From the human T2T-CHM13v2.0 reference genome, Homo sapiens, in assembly GCF_009914755.1 (NCBI RefSeq), contig NC_060928.1: a stretch of DNA of 64,000 bases, one strand, 5' to 3'. The notes under the pieces are model-generated. The model saw only the letters and a program-made list of their open reading frames with translations. It did no database searches and had not been told where the DNA came from. Every line of letters starts with the position of its first letter. The first letter of the stretch is position 1. The position numbers were made by a program, and so were the translations under genes. Shown here piece after piece: positions 31,086 through 43,392 of this stretch.

Positions 31086-32568
31086 ATTGCCTACTCATTG
31101 TCTCCTTTAACTTATTTTCCACTCCCATTACTTTAATTTTATTAGAAATAAATATTCTTTAACCTCAGGAACTATAAAGAGGCTATTCTCTAAACAAAAT
31201 ATTACAGCGAGATGAATGGATTAGGGAGAACAGTAAAGAGAACAAAGTTCCATTTGATGAGATCTGTCTAGTGTTCGGAAGAAGTGGCATTTAATATGGT
31301 ATTGGAATGATAGGTGAAATTTTAATAGGAAATGTGGACAGAAGGACATTGCCTATAGGAAAGACAAATATTCTTAAAAAGCACTAAAGCCATTAATATC
31401 TACTATGTACTTTAATAAAATTGAATAGATAAATCACAGAAAGATAATCTCTGAAAAATCTCCAAAACTAGAAAATGTTCTTTATTACTATTGCCTTCTG
31501 TTTTTCAGTATAGTGGGATTTGAAGAAGCAACACTGTGAAACTAAAAGAGCACTGCAGTGCATGCCAAAAATCTACAATTTTTTGCTGGTTTCCTTCCGT
31601 TTACTAATTTTAGGAGTAATAGGAGAATAATAATGTCAATCTATGCTGCCTACCTCACAAGTTTCTTTTAAGAATTAAAAGAGATTTTAAGTACTTTGAA
31701 AACTATTAAGTACTATACAAATATATTAGGTTGTGATGATTAATCACTATTATACAGGAGCTCAGTAAATAATATTTACAGGATGGTTAAAATGCACTTC
31801 ATACTGAAAAATCCATCCAAGAAAAACTTCACAAAAATGCAGTAACAGATGTTCCTATTTAGTTAAAGGAGAGAATACTGTTAGGCCTTCAGCTTATAGC
31901 TTATACTTAAATTGTAACAACAACAGCTTGTTTAGGTTTGTCAGTTTTTTCTCTGTCGATTTTTAGCCAATATTATACCATAAAATCATCTCTTTCTTTA
32001 AATTAGACAGAAAGGTCTTATTCTGATGCGACTTTAAAAACTGATCCAAGGGGAAATTTAAGCATGCCTCCCAGGCAGCATAAAATTGAGCCAAAAATTC
32101 CAATTCCTATCAGGAATCTCTCATACAGACTCTATGCTATAAGAAAAGCAATGCAGTTTTCTGGACCACCACAAGATTTTCCCAGCCATGTTGCTATACC
32201 TGGTTCTATTAGCTCTAGGGAATGGACAAAAGGATTGCAAAATCAATGAAAAACTTTCAGTTTCTTACCTTCTTATTTCATATAAAAGCTACTCCTTGGT
32301 TGGTTTTACAGTCAAATGTATGAAGTATTATAAATCCCTACCGTTCTGTTGCATAAAAAGATAAATTCAGTTAACTTCTCTATTCTAGATTTCATTATTT
32401 TAGATTAGATACTTTGAGCCCTAATACTTGCTTTAACTAGGATAAAAATCATTGCTCTTCAGTTGTTTCATTCATAGTGGATTAACCATTCTACTTTATT
32501 TCTCATATTATATCTCTGATAGAGTATCAAACTGAGATATCAAATTACTATCTATCAATGTTCTGCTT

Positions 32569-33060
32569 TTAGAATCTATCAATCAGGGGGGTGGTTCCAA
32601 GATGGCCGAATAGGAACAACTCCAGTCTACAGCTCCCAGCATGAGCGACACAGAAGACAGGTGATTTCTGCATTTCCAAATGAGGTACTGGGTTCATCTC
32701 GCTGGGGTTCGTCAGACAGTGGGGACAGGACAGTGGGTGCAGCCCACCGAGCATAAGCCAAAGCAGGGTGAGGCATCGACTCACCTGGGAAGCGCAAGGG
32801 GTCAGGGAATTCCCTTTCCCAGCCAAAGGAAGGGGTGACAGACAGCACCTGGAAAATCGGGTCACTCCCACCCTAATACTGTGCTTTTCCAATGGTCGTA
32901 GCAAAGGGCACAAGAGGAGATTATATCCCATGCCTGGCTCGGAGGGTCCCATGCCTGGCTCGGAGGGTCCCATGCCCACGGAGCCTCGCTCATTCCTAGC
33001 ACAGCAGTCTGAGATCGAATGGCAAGGTGGCAGCGAGGCTGGGGGAGGGGCGTCCAACAT
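32569..33060 (-). other. ORF0: L1 ORF0 homologue, open and extended to 163 aa
   Basis: MLDAPPPASLPPCHSISDCCARNERGSVGMGPSEPG matches the primate ORF0 N-terminus; no stop until 32569. Confidence 0.6.
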
Positions 33061-33632
33061 TGCTGAGGCTTGAGTAGGTAAACAGCAGCCAGGAAGCTTG
33101 TACTGGGTGGAGCCCACCTTAGCTCAAGGAGGACTGCCTGCCTCTGTAGACTCCACCTCTACGGGCAGGGCATAGCTGAACAAAAGGCAGCAGGAACCTC
33201 TGCAGACTTAACTGTCCCTGTCTGACAGCTTTGAAGAGAGTAGTGGTTCTCCCAGCATGGAGTTTGAGATCACGGAATGGACAGACTGCCTCCCCAAGTG
33301 GGTCCCTGACCCCCGAGTAGCCTATCTGGGAGGCACCCCCAGTAGGCGCAGACTGACACCTCACACGGCTGGGTACTACTCTGAGACAAAGCTTCCAGAG
33401 GAACAATCGGGCAGCAACATTTGCTATTCAGCAATATTCGCTGTTCTGCAGCCTCTGCTACTGATCCCCAGGCAAATAGAGCCTGGAGTGGACCTCCAGC
33501 AAACTCCAACAGACCTGCAGCTGAGGGTCCTGTCTGATAGAAGGAAAACTAACAAACAGAAAGGACATCCACACCAAAACCCCATCTGAACGTCACCATC
33601 ATCAAAGATCAAAGGTAGATAAAACCACAAAG
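32586..33632 (+). promoter_or_regulatory. L1 5'UTR: internal sense promoter (YY1 site caagatggccg) and antisense promoter
   Basis: YY1 core at about 32598-32608; GC/CpG-richer 5'UTR; retains the 5'UTR block (about 33400-33530) that is deleted in L1PA2/L1HS. Confidence 0.8.
32926..32976 (+). repeat. 21-bp tandem duplication in the L1 5'UTR
   Basis: tcccatgcctggctcggaggg x2 plus tcccatgcc; single copy in the other L1. Confidence 0.95.
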
Positions 33633-34649
33633 ATGGGGAAAAAAGCAGAGTAGAAAAGCCGAAAATTCTAAAAATCAGAGCACCTCCTCCCCTGCAAAGG
33701 AACACAGCTCCTCACCAGCAATGGAACAAAGCTGGGTGGAGAATGGTTTTGATGAGTTGAGAGAAGAAGTCTTCAGACGATCAAACTTCTCCGAGGTAAA
33801 GGAAGAAAGTCGAACCCAACCCAAAGAAGCTGAAAACCTTGAAACAAGATTAGATGAATGGCTAACTAGAATAACCAGTGTAGAGAAGTCCTTAAATGAC
33901 CTGATGGAACTGAAAGCCATGGCATGAGAACTACATGACAAATGTACAAGCTTCAGTAACCGATTCGATCAACTGGAAGAAAGGGTATCAGTGATTGAAG
34001 ATCAAATGAATGAAATGAAGTGAGAAGAGAAGTTTAGAGAAAAAAAGGGTAAAAAGAAATGAACAAAGCCTCCAAGAAATACACGACTATGTATAGACCA
34101 AATCTATATCTGATCGGTGTACCTGAAAGTGATGGGGAGAATGGAACCAAACTGGAAAACACTCTGCAGGATATTATCCAGGAGAACTTCCCCAACCTAG
34201 CAAGGCAGGCCAACATTCAAATTCAGGACATACAGAGACCACCACAAAGATACTCCTCAACAAGAGCAACTCCAAGACACATAATTGTCAGTTTCACCAA
34301 AGTTCAAATGAAAGAAAAAATATTAAGGGCAGCCAGAGAGAAAGATCGAGTTACCCACAAATGGAAGTCCATCAGACTAACAGCGGATAACTCAGCAGAA
34401 ACTCTACAAGCCAGAAGAGAGTGGGGGCCAATATACAACGTTCTTAAAGAAAAGAATTTTCAACCTAGAAATTCATATCCAGCCAAACTAAGCTTCATAA
34501 GTGAAGGAGAAATAAAATCCTTTACAGACAAGCAAATGCTGAGAGATTCTGTCACCACCAGGCCTGTCCTACAAGAGCTCCTGAAAGAAGCACTAAACAT
34601 GGAAAGGAACAACCGGTACCAGCCACTGCAAAAACATGCCAAACTGTAA
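33633..34649 (+). pseudogene. L1 ORF1: L1 ORF1p remnant (stops and frameshifts)
   Basis: ATG at 33633; fragments MEQSWVENGFDELREE..., RPNLYLIGVPESDGENGTKLENTLQDIIQENFPNLARQ...QPLQKHAKL. Confidence 0.93.
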
Positions 34650-34656
34650 AGACCAT

Positions 34657-35433
34657 CGATGCTAGGAAGAAACTGCATCAATAACGAGCAAAATAACCAG
34701 CTAACATCATAATGACAGGATCAAATTCACACATAACAATATTAACCTTAAATGTAAATGGGCTAAATGCTCCAATTAAAAGACACAGACTGACAAACTG
34801 GATAAAGAGTCAAGACCCATCAGTGTGCTGTATTCAGGACACCCATCTCACATGCAGAGACACACAGAGGCTCAAAATAAAGGGATGGAGGAAGATCTAT
34901 GAAGAAAATGGAAAACAAAAAAAGGCAGGGGTTGCAATCCTAGTTTCTGATAAAACAGACTTTAAAACAACAAAGATCAAAAGACACAAAGAAGGCCATT
35001 ACATAATGGTAAAGGGATCAATTCAACAAGAAGAGCTAACTGTCTTAAATATATATGCACCCAATACAGGAGCACCCAGGTTCATAAAGCAAGTCCTTAG
35101 AGACCTACAAAGAGACTTAGACTCCCACACAATAATAATGGAAGACTTTAACACCCCACTGTCAACATTAGACAGATCAACGAGACAGAAAGTTAACAAG
35201 GATATCCAGGAATTGAACTCAGCTCTGCAACAAGTGGACCTAATAGACATCTGCAGAATGCTCCACCCCAAATCAACAGAATATACATTCTTCTCAGCAC
35301 CACATCACACTTATTCCAAAATTGACCACAGAGTTGGAAGTAAAGCACTTCTCAGCAAATGTAAAAGAACAGAAATTATAACAAACTGTCTCTCAGACCA
35401 CAGTGCAATCAAACTAGAACTCAGGATTAAGAA
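34657..35433 (+). repeat. Left arm of 777-bp perfect inverted repeat
   Basis: No mismatch to the reverse complement of 53164-53940 in line-by-line comparison. Confidence 0.95.
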
Positions 35434-38400
35434 ACTCACTCAAAACTGCTCAACTACATGGAACCTGAACAACCTGCTCCTGAATGACTACTGGGTACAT
35501 AAGGAAATGAAGGCAGAAATAAAGATGTTCTTTGAAACCAACGAGAACAAAGACACAACATACCAGAATCTCTGGGACACATTTAAAGCAGTGGGTAGAG
35601 GGAAATTTATAGCACTAAATGCCCACAAGAGAAAGCGGCAAAGATCTAAAATTGACACCCTAACATCAAAATTAAAAGAACTAGAGAAGCAAGAGCAAAC
35701 ACATTCAAAAGCTAGCAGAAGGCAAGAAATAACTAAGATCAGAGAAGAACTGAAGGAGATAGAGACACAAAAAAACCCTTCAAAAAAATCAATGAATCCA
35801 GGAGCTGGTCTTTTGAAAAGATCAAGAAAATTGATAGACCGCTAGCAAGACTAATGAAGAAAAGAGAGAAGAATCAAATAGATGCAATAAAAAACGATAA
35901 AGGAGATATCACCACTGATCCCACAGAAATACAAACTACCATCAGAGAATACTATAAACACCTCTACGCAAATAAACTAGAAAATCTAGAAGAAATGGCT
36001 AAATTCCTGGACACATACACCCTCCCAAGACTAAACCAGGAAGAAGTTGAATCCCTTAATAGACCAATAACAGGCTCTGAAATTGAGGCAATAATTAATA
36101 GCCTACCAACCAAAAAAAGTCCAGGACCAGATGGATTCACAGCCGAATTCTACCAGAGGTACAAGAAGGAGCTCATAACCAATCCTTCTGAAACTATTCC
36201 AATCAATAGAAAAAGAAGAAATCCTCCCTAACTCATTTTATGAGGCCATCATCATCCTGATACTAAAGCCTGGAAAAGACACAACAAAAAAAGAGAATTT
36301 TAGACCAATATCCCTGATGAACATCAATGCAAAAATCATGAATAAAATACTGGCAAACCAAATCCACCAGCACATCAAAAAGCTTATCCACCATGATCAA
36401 GTGGGCTTCATCCCTGGGATGCAAGTCTGGTTCAACATAGGCAAATCAATAAACGTAATCCAGCATATAAACAGAACCAAAGAAAAAAACCACAGGATTA
36501 TCTCAATAGATGCAGAAGAGGCCTTTGACAAAATTCAACAGCCCTTCATGCTAAAAACTCTCAAGAAATTAGGTATTGATAGGCCGTATCTTAAAATAAT
36601 AAGAGCTATTTATAACAAACCCACAGCCAATATCATACTGAATGGGTGAAAACTGGAAGCATTCCCTTTGAAAACTGGCACAAGACAGGTTGCCCTCTCT
36701 CACCACTCCTATTCAGCATAGTGTTGGAAGTTCTGGCCAGGGCAATCAGGCAGGAGAAATCAATAAAGGGTATTCAATTAGGAAAAGAGGAAGTCAAATT
36801 GTCCCTGTTTGCAGATGACATGATTGTATATTTAGAAAAGCCCATCATCTCAGCCCAAAATCTCCTTAAGCTGATAAGCAACTTCAGCAAAGTCTCAGGA
36901 TACAAAATCAATGTGCAAAAATCACAAGCATTCTTATACACCAATAACAGACAGAGAGCCATATCATGAGTGAACTCCCATTCACAATTGCTTCAAAGAG
37001 AATAAAATACCTAGGAATCCAACTTACAAGGGATGTGAAGAACCTCTTCAAGGAGAACTACAAACCACTGCTCAACGAAATAAAAGAGGACACAAACAAA
37101 TGGAAGAACATTCCATGCTCATGGATAGGAAGAATCAATATTGTGAAAATGGCGATACTGACCAAGGTAATTTATACATTCAATGCCATCCCCATCAAGC
37201 TACCAATGACTTTCTTCACAGAATTCAAAAAAAACTACTTTAAAGTTCATGTGAAACGAAAAAAGCGCCTGCATTGCCAAGACAATCCTAAGCCAAAAGA
37301 AGAAAGCTAGAGGCATCATGCTACCTGACTTCAAACTTTACTACAAGCCTCCAGTAACCAAAACCACATGGTACTGGTACCAAAACACAGATATAGACCA
37401 ATGGAACAGAAGAGAGCCATCAGAAATAATATCACACATCTACAACCATCTGATCTTTGACAAACCTGACAAAAACAAGAAATGGGGAAAGGATTCCCTA
37501 TTTAATAAATGGTGCTGGGAAAACCGGCTAGCCATATGTAGAAAGTTGAAACTGGATCCCTTCCTTACACCTTATACAAAAATTAATTCAAGATGGATTA
37601 AAGACTTCAATGTTAGACCTAAAACCATAAAAACCCTAGAAGAAAACCTAGGCAATACCATTCAGGACATAGGCATGGGCAAGGACTTCATGTCTAAAAC
37701 ATCAAAAGCAATGGCAACAAAAGCCAAAATTCACAAATTGGATCTAATTAAATTAAAGAGCTTCTGCACAGTGAAAGAAACTACCATCAGAGTGAACAGG
37801 CAACCTACAGAATGGGAGAAAATTTTTGCAATCTACTCATCTGACAAAGGGCTAATATCCAGAATCTACAAAGAACTCAAACAAATTTACAAGAAAAAAC
37901 AACCGCATCAAAAAGTGGCCAAAGGATATGAACAGCCACTTCTCAAAGAAGACATTTATGCAGCCAACAGACACATGAAAAAATGTTCATCATCACTGGC
38001 CATCAGAGAAATGCAAATCAAAACCAAGATGAGATAACATCTCACACCAGTTAGAATGGCGATCATTAAAAAGTCAGGAAACAATAGGTGCTGGAGAGGA
38101 TTTCGAGAAATAGGAACACTTTTACACTGTTGGTGGCACTGTAAACTAGTTCAACCATTGTGGAAGACAGTGTGGCAATTCCTCAAGGATCTAGAACTAG
38201 AAATACCATTTGACCCAGCAATCCCATTACTGGGTATATACCCAAAGGATTATAAATCATGCTGCTATCAAGGCACATTCACATATATGTTTACTGCGGC
38301 ACTATTCACAATAGCAAAGACTTGGAATCAATCCAAATGTCCATCAGTGATAGACTGGATTAAGAAAATGTGGCACATACCCCATGGAATACTATGCAGC

Positions 38401-38523
38401 TATAAAAAAGGATGAGTTCACATCCTTTGTAGAGACGTGGATGAAGCTGGAAACCATCATTCTCAGTAAACTATCACAAGGACAAAAAACCAAACACCGC
38501 ATGTTCTCACTCATAGGTGGGAA
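34712..38523 (+). pseudogene. L1 ORF2: L1 ORF2p remnant (endonuclease, reverse transcriptase, C-terminus), several frameshifts
   Basis: [19 protein letters not shown] start, SDH motif, [11 protein letters not shown] motif; broken into about 8 ORF pieces. Confidence 0.96.
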
Positions 38524-39491
38524 CAATGCGAACACTTGGACACAGGAAGCGGAACATCACACACTGCGGCCAGTCATGGGGTGGGGGGAGAGGGGAGGGA
38601 AAGCATTAGGAGACATACCTAATGTAAATGACGAGTTAATGGGGGCAGCACACCAACATGGCACATGTATACATATGTAACAAACCTGCACGTTGTACAC
38701 ATGTACCCTAGAACTTAAAGTATAATTAAAAAAAAAAAAAGAAAAAGAAAAAGGAAATCAGAAAGTATCTGGAACCAAATAAAAATAAAAACACTCAGCC
38801 TAGGCAACAACAACAACAAAAAAGAATCTATCAATCAGCCAAAAATGAAGATTATATGCTATATCTGTGGCCTATTCCTTATTTATAAAATTAAAATTTA
38901 ATTGCATTAAATTAGGTCTAAAATAATAGAACATCTCCATAGTTTGGAATATTTTCTAAGTGTAAAAAATTCTACTTTTTACTAAAAGACTATTTGTTAC
39001 TTTTTCTAAACCAAAGTTTCTTGATTCACTTTCAAATTGCCTTAGCCAATTATTTATAACATTTCACTATTAGAGATCTGAATATGGTGTTTATCTTGCT
39101 ATAGTAATGCTGTGATATTGAATATGGGAAAAAATCACTAAGGGAATTAAGACACCAAGATACAGTGCCAAAAAAACTTTCCTTCGTCATTTCTGAATAT
39201 TTTTTGTCCCAAATGAAACAAGTATAAATGGTAGTAGTAAAAAAGAAAAAAAAGTAGAAAAGTATAGTTCTATATTGAATCAGTAGGAATACAGCAGAAA
39301 CTTGACTCTGGGATATTTTGCCCTATTATTCAATGATACATGTTGCTTAATATTACTATAGTATTACAAAGAAAAAAACACTAAAAATTAACATAGAAAA
39401 TAATATTTATATAAGTTTGGTCTTATAATCAATTGGAAATGATTAAAGAGAACTATATAATGAGTTAATCTATGCATGAATTCTTGTTAGA

Positions 39492-39540
39492 TGTTTTAGT
39501 CTGTTCTCATACTGCTAATAAAGATGTACCTGAGACTGAG
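39492..39540 (-). mobile_element. THE1/MST LTR terminal fragment (about 50 bp)
   Basis: tgttttagtctgttctcatactgctaataaagatgtacctgagactg. Confidence 0.65.
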
Positions 39541-41134
39541 AAGTCTTATGAGAATTACATCTATAATTTCTGGCAAAATTTAATCTTTCTGTATCTCTTC
39601 AAAGAACCACCAACTATAAAAGTGTTTTTAAAGAATTCTGCCTGAGATGCTTTTGAGCTTTCTAATTAAAGATAAAATGTTTTACATGTGAAAAGATAGA
39701 GGTGCTACAATTTTCTTATACTTTTCTGTACCTTGCCTAGATAACAAAAATATATATCTTTTAAAATAAAAGCAGCATAATTTTACTAGTCTTTCAAGTA
39801 TGTTATAATTGTACTGTCATATAATATTTTTCCAGTAAGAAATTTTTGATAATAGAAATTAAATGAAAACCAAATTTGGCATATATTTAAAAACTGTTCA
39901 CCTATAAGTATATATACCCTAGACAGTAGGTATTGTGAAATGCAATAACAATTCCAAGTCATTTTAATATATTATAAAGATGTACTAAGTCAAAACACCA
40001 GAAAGTAATTACAGTCTATTTTTATTAGAGGGTTTCCCTTTACAGTGTCGTACCACTTACTTTTACCACCATTAAAAGAATGATTTCATGTCATTGATAT
40101 AAGTTTCCCCAAGCATCTTCTATTTCAAATTATACAATAATTTGTAGTAAAATATAATTGTATATACGTTTGTGTTCATACAATGAAGAAGGTGATGACT
40201 AGAATAGGAGATTGGATCTCTTTAAAAGTTTTGTTCAAATGTTATAGTGGTTATGACAGAAAGATAAATGTGAAGAAGAAAATGGAAGAAGATAAAAGTA
40301 AAACATGTATCAGGATATAAAAAATAAAACACAAGAACAAAACAAAAACAACAACAAAAATATCTTCGTTCCCACCTGGCTCCAGACCTCCGATAACTGC
40401 TTTAGGTTATAGAAATACTTTGATTAGCTGCTTAGAGTTGGAAAGAGAAAACTCAATAGGCATAATCTTTATGAAGACCATAAAAAGAAGACATGGCAAA
40501 AAAAAAACTATATGAGTTTAAGAGGGATGTGTGGAGTATGAGAATCAGCAGGAAGAGTAAGGAGTGAAGCTCCAAGAAAGGAGCTACTCAACTTAGTGTC
40601 GGTGAGAGTTGCTACCATAGCTGTGGCTAAAGAATCAAATAACGTTTAAGAACACAGGTGTCTAATATTCAATTTTTAAAAATCAACTCTGAGCTATGAT
40701 TTACACACAATAAAACATTTGCCACTTTAATAAGTTTTGACAAGCTTATATATAACAATCAAGATATAGAATATTTCTACCACCCCAAAAAAGTTTCCTT
40801 GTGTCACTTTCTAGCCAATCACCCTTTCCCTGCCATAGACATGAGTTTGCCAATTAAAAAAAAAAAATCTTACCAGGATTTGGATTCAAATTGCTTTGAA
40901 TTTAGAATAGAATTTTCATTTTAATAATATTATGCTTTCCAATGTATAACATGGTATATCTCTCAATTAATTTACTTTCTTAATTTTTTTCAGTGATCTT
41001 CTTTAGTTTTTATTGTTCAGATTTTGTATATTTTTCATTAAGTTCTACTCTAAAGAGTCGACATTTTTGATGTTGTCATAAGTCACATTTTAAATTTCAG
41101 TTTTCAGTCTTTGCATTGCTAGCAAGTTCAAATG

Positions 41135-41696
41135 CAGTAGCTCTCCCTTAGTGCAGTTTCACTTTCTGCGGTTGCAGTCACTTGCAGTCAAGTGTAGTCT
41201 GAAAATATTACATGAAAATTTTCAGAAATAAACAACGCATCCATTCTAAATTATACACTGTTCGGAGTAGGGTGAAAGAGTTTAAAGAACTCTGCATGAA
41301 ATCTCATACCATCCTGCTCCATTCCAGGGTAGGTGAATCATCTCTTTGTCCAATGCATTCATGCTATACAGGCTAATATGCCACTCACCTGTTGGTCACT
41401 TAGTAACCATCTCTTTGTCCAATGCATTCATGCTACACAGGCTAATATGCCACTCACCTGTTGGTCACTTAGTAACCATCTCAGTTATCAAATTGACTAT
41501 GGCAGCATTGCTCTACTTTATTATTAACTATTGTTGTTAATCTCTTACTGTGGAAATTTATAAATTAAACTATATATAGGTATGTATCTATAGGAAAAAA
41601 CATAGTATAGTATAGGTACATTCCAGTACTGCCCATGGTTTCAGGCATCCACTGGAGGTTTTGGAACGTATCTTCCTGGATTAGAGGAGACTACTG
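41135..41696 (+). mobile_element. MER44 (Tigger7-derived) DNA transposon
   Basis: Terminal inverted repeats cagtagctctcc.../...ggagactactg; tcagaaataaacaa and gtcacttagtaaccatctcagttatca motifs. Confidence 0.8.
41339..41482 (+). repeat. 69-bp tandem duplication inside MER44
   Basis: 41339-41407 versus 41408-41476, one mismatch, bounded by catctc microhomology. Confidence 0.95.
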
Positions 41697-42579
41697 TATT
41701 CCGATGTTTTATTTGACCTTTCATCCTGTGAACCTGTGGAATTTACTAATTAGTTCTAGCAGCTTCTTTTTAGATCTCTTGAGATTTACTACATACAAAA
41801 TCGTATCATGTGCAAATAAAGACAGTTTAATCATCCTGTGAATATTTCGTACTTTTTTTTTCTTTTGTGCCTGGGTTAGACCCTCACATAAAACGATGGA
41901 TAACAATGGTGAGAGTGGGCATTCCTGCCATATTCCCAATTTATCATATTGAGGAAGACTACTTCTATTCCTAATTTGCTGAGAATTTTTAATATTAATC
42001 AGAGTTGAATTCTGTTAAATGCCTTTTTCGCCCCTATGCTCATCGGTTTTTATTTTCTTTTACTCCATTAGTATGTTAAATTGCATTGATTTATTTTCAA
42101 TTGTTAAACAACCTCACATTTCAGGGATCCATGACTTGATGTGAATATATTTAACCTTTTTATATTAAGCTAAATTCAACTTGATATTTTGTTAAAGATT
42201 TTGTGTCTGTTCGTGAGAGATACTAATTTGTAGTTTTCTTATATTGTAATCTATCTGTATGGCTTTATTATTCAGGAAATGCTGGCCTCATTAAAAGGTT
42301 AAGTAATATTTTCTTCTTTGTCATTTATAAAAAATTAGTAGAATCTCTATTTTTTGCTTCTTAAATGTTTATGCTTGATATGTTCTTATCAGATAACTTT
42401 TAATGAAGAATTCAATTTATTTGGTAAATACAGAACTGAACTACTCAGATTTTCTAATTTTTTTGAGATAGCTCAGTAACTTATGTATCTTGACGAATTT
42501 AGCTATTTTATATAAGCTGTCAAATTCTTTGGCAACTAGATATTGACATATAGCTATTCCTAATATTCATTCTTATCTT

Positions 42580-43392
42580 TTTAATTATATTTTTAATTTT
42601 TCTGGGTACATAGTAGGTGTATAGATTTATGGGGTACATAACACAGTTTGATGCAAACACACAATGTGTAATAATCACATCAGAGTAAGTGGAGTATCCA
42701 TCACCTCAAGCATTTATCCTTTCTTTTTGTTACAAACAATCCAATTAGACTCTTAGTTATTTTAAAAGTGTACAATACATTATTGTTGACTATGATCACC
42801 TCGTTGTGCTATCAAAAACTAGATCTTTTCTATCTAACTGTATTTCTGTACCCATTAACCATCCCCGCTTCCCCTATGACCCACTACCCTTCCCAGCCTC
42901 TGGTAACCATCATTCTACTCTCTATTTCTATGAATTCAATTGTTTTAATGTTTAGCTCCCACAAATAAGTGACAACATGCAGTCTGTCTTTCTTTGCCTG
43001 GCTTATTTCACTTAACATAATGTTCTCTAGCTCCATTCATGTTGTTGCAAATGACAAGATCTCATTCTTTTTCATGGCTGAGTAGTACTCCATCAGGTAC
43101 ATGTACCACATTTTCTTTATCCATTCATCTGTTGATGGACACATAGGTTCCTTCCAAATCTTGGCTATTGTGAACAGTGCTGCCATAAACATCACAGTAC
43201 AGATATCTCTTTGATATAATGATTTCCTTTCTTTTGGGTATATATCCAGCAGTGGGACTGCTAGATCATATAGTAGTTCTATTTTCAGTTTTTTAAGGAA
43301 CCTCCAAACTGTTCTCCATAGTAGCTATACTAATTTATATTCCCACCAACAGTGTACAAGGGTTCCCTTTTCTCTATATCCTTGCTAGCATT
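42580..43392 (-). mobile_element. L1MA-type 3' end
   Basis: gggtacatagtaggtgtatagatttatggggtacat...ccatcacctcaagcatttatc...cccaccaacagtgtacaagggttccc. Confidence 0.88.

Larger units (their letters stand above)
32586..38822 (+). mobile_element. Full-length LINE-1 (L1PA4-like), inactive, with 3' extension
   Basis: 5' ggggggtggttccaagatggccg, 5'UTR, ORF1 and ORF2 remnants, 3'UTR, polyA; TSD agaatctatcaatca at 32571-32585 and 38823-38837. Confidence 0.97.
40860..42570 (-). mobile_element. Old L1M ORF2 fragment, interrupted by MER44
   Basis: Decayed RT: GIWQECPLSPLL...IKLSLFAHDTILYV (41721-41939). Confidence 0.8.

Noticed and set aside
34712-38523. Active L1 or a novel reverse transcriptase system
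   Set aside because: ORF1 and ORF2 of both L1s have several stops and frameshifts; these are ordinary dead L1PA copies.
41339-41482. CRISPR-like or array-like repeat
   Set aside because: Only two adjacent copies with no spacers, in eukaryotic DNA.
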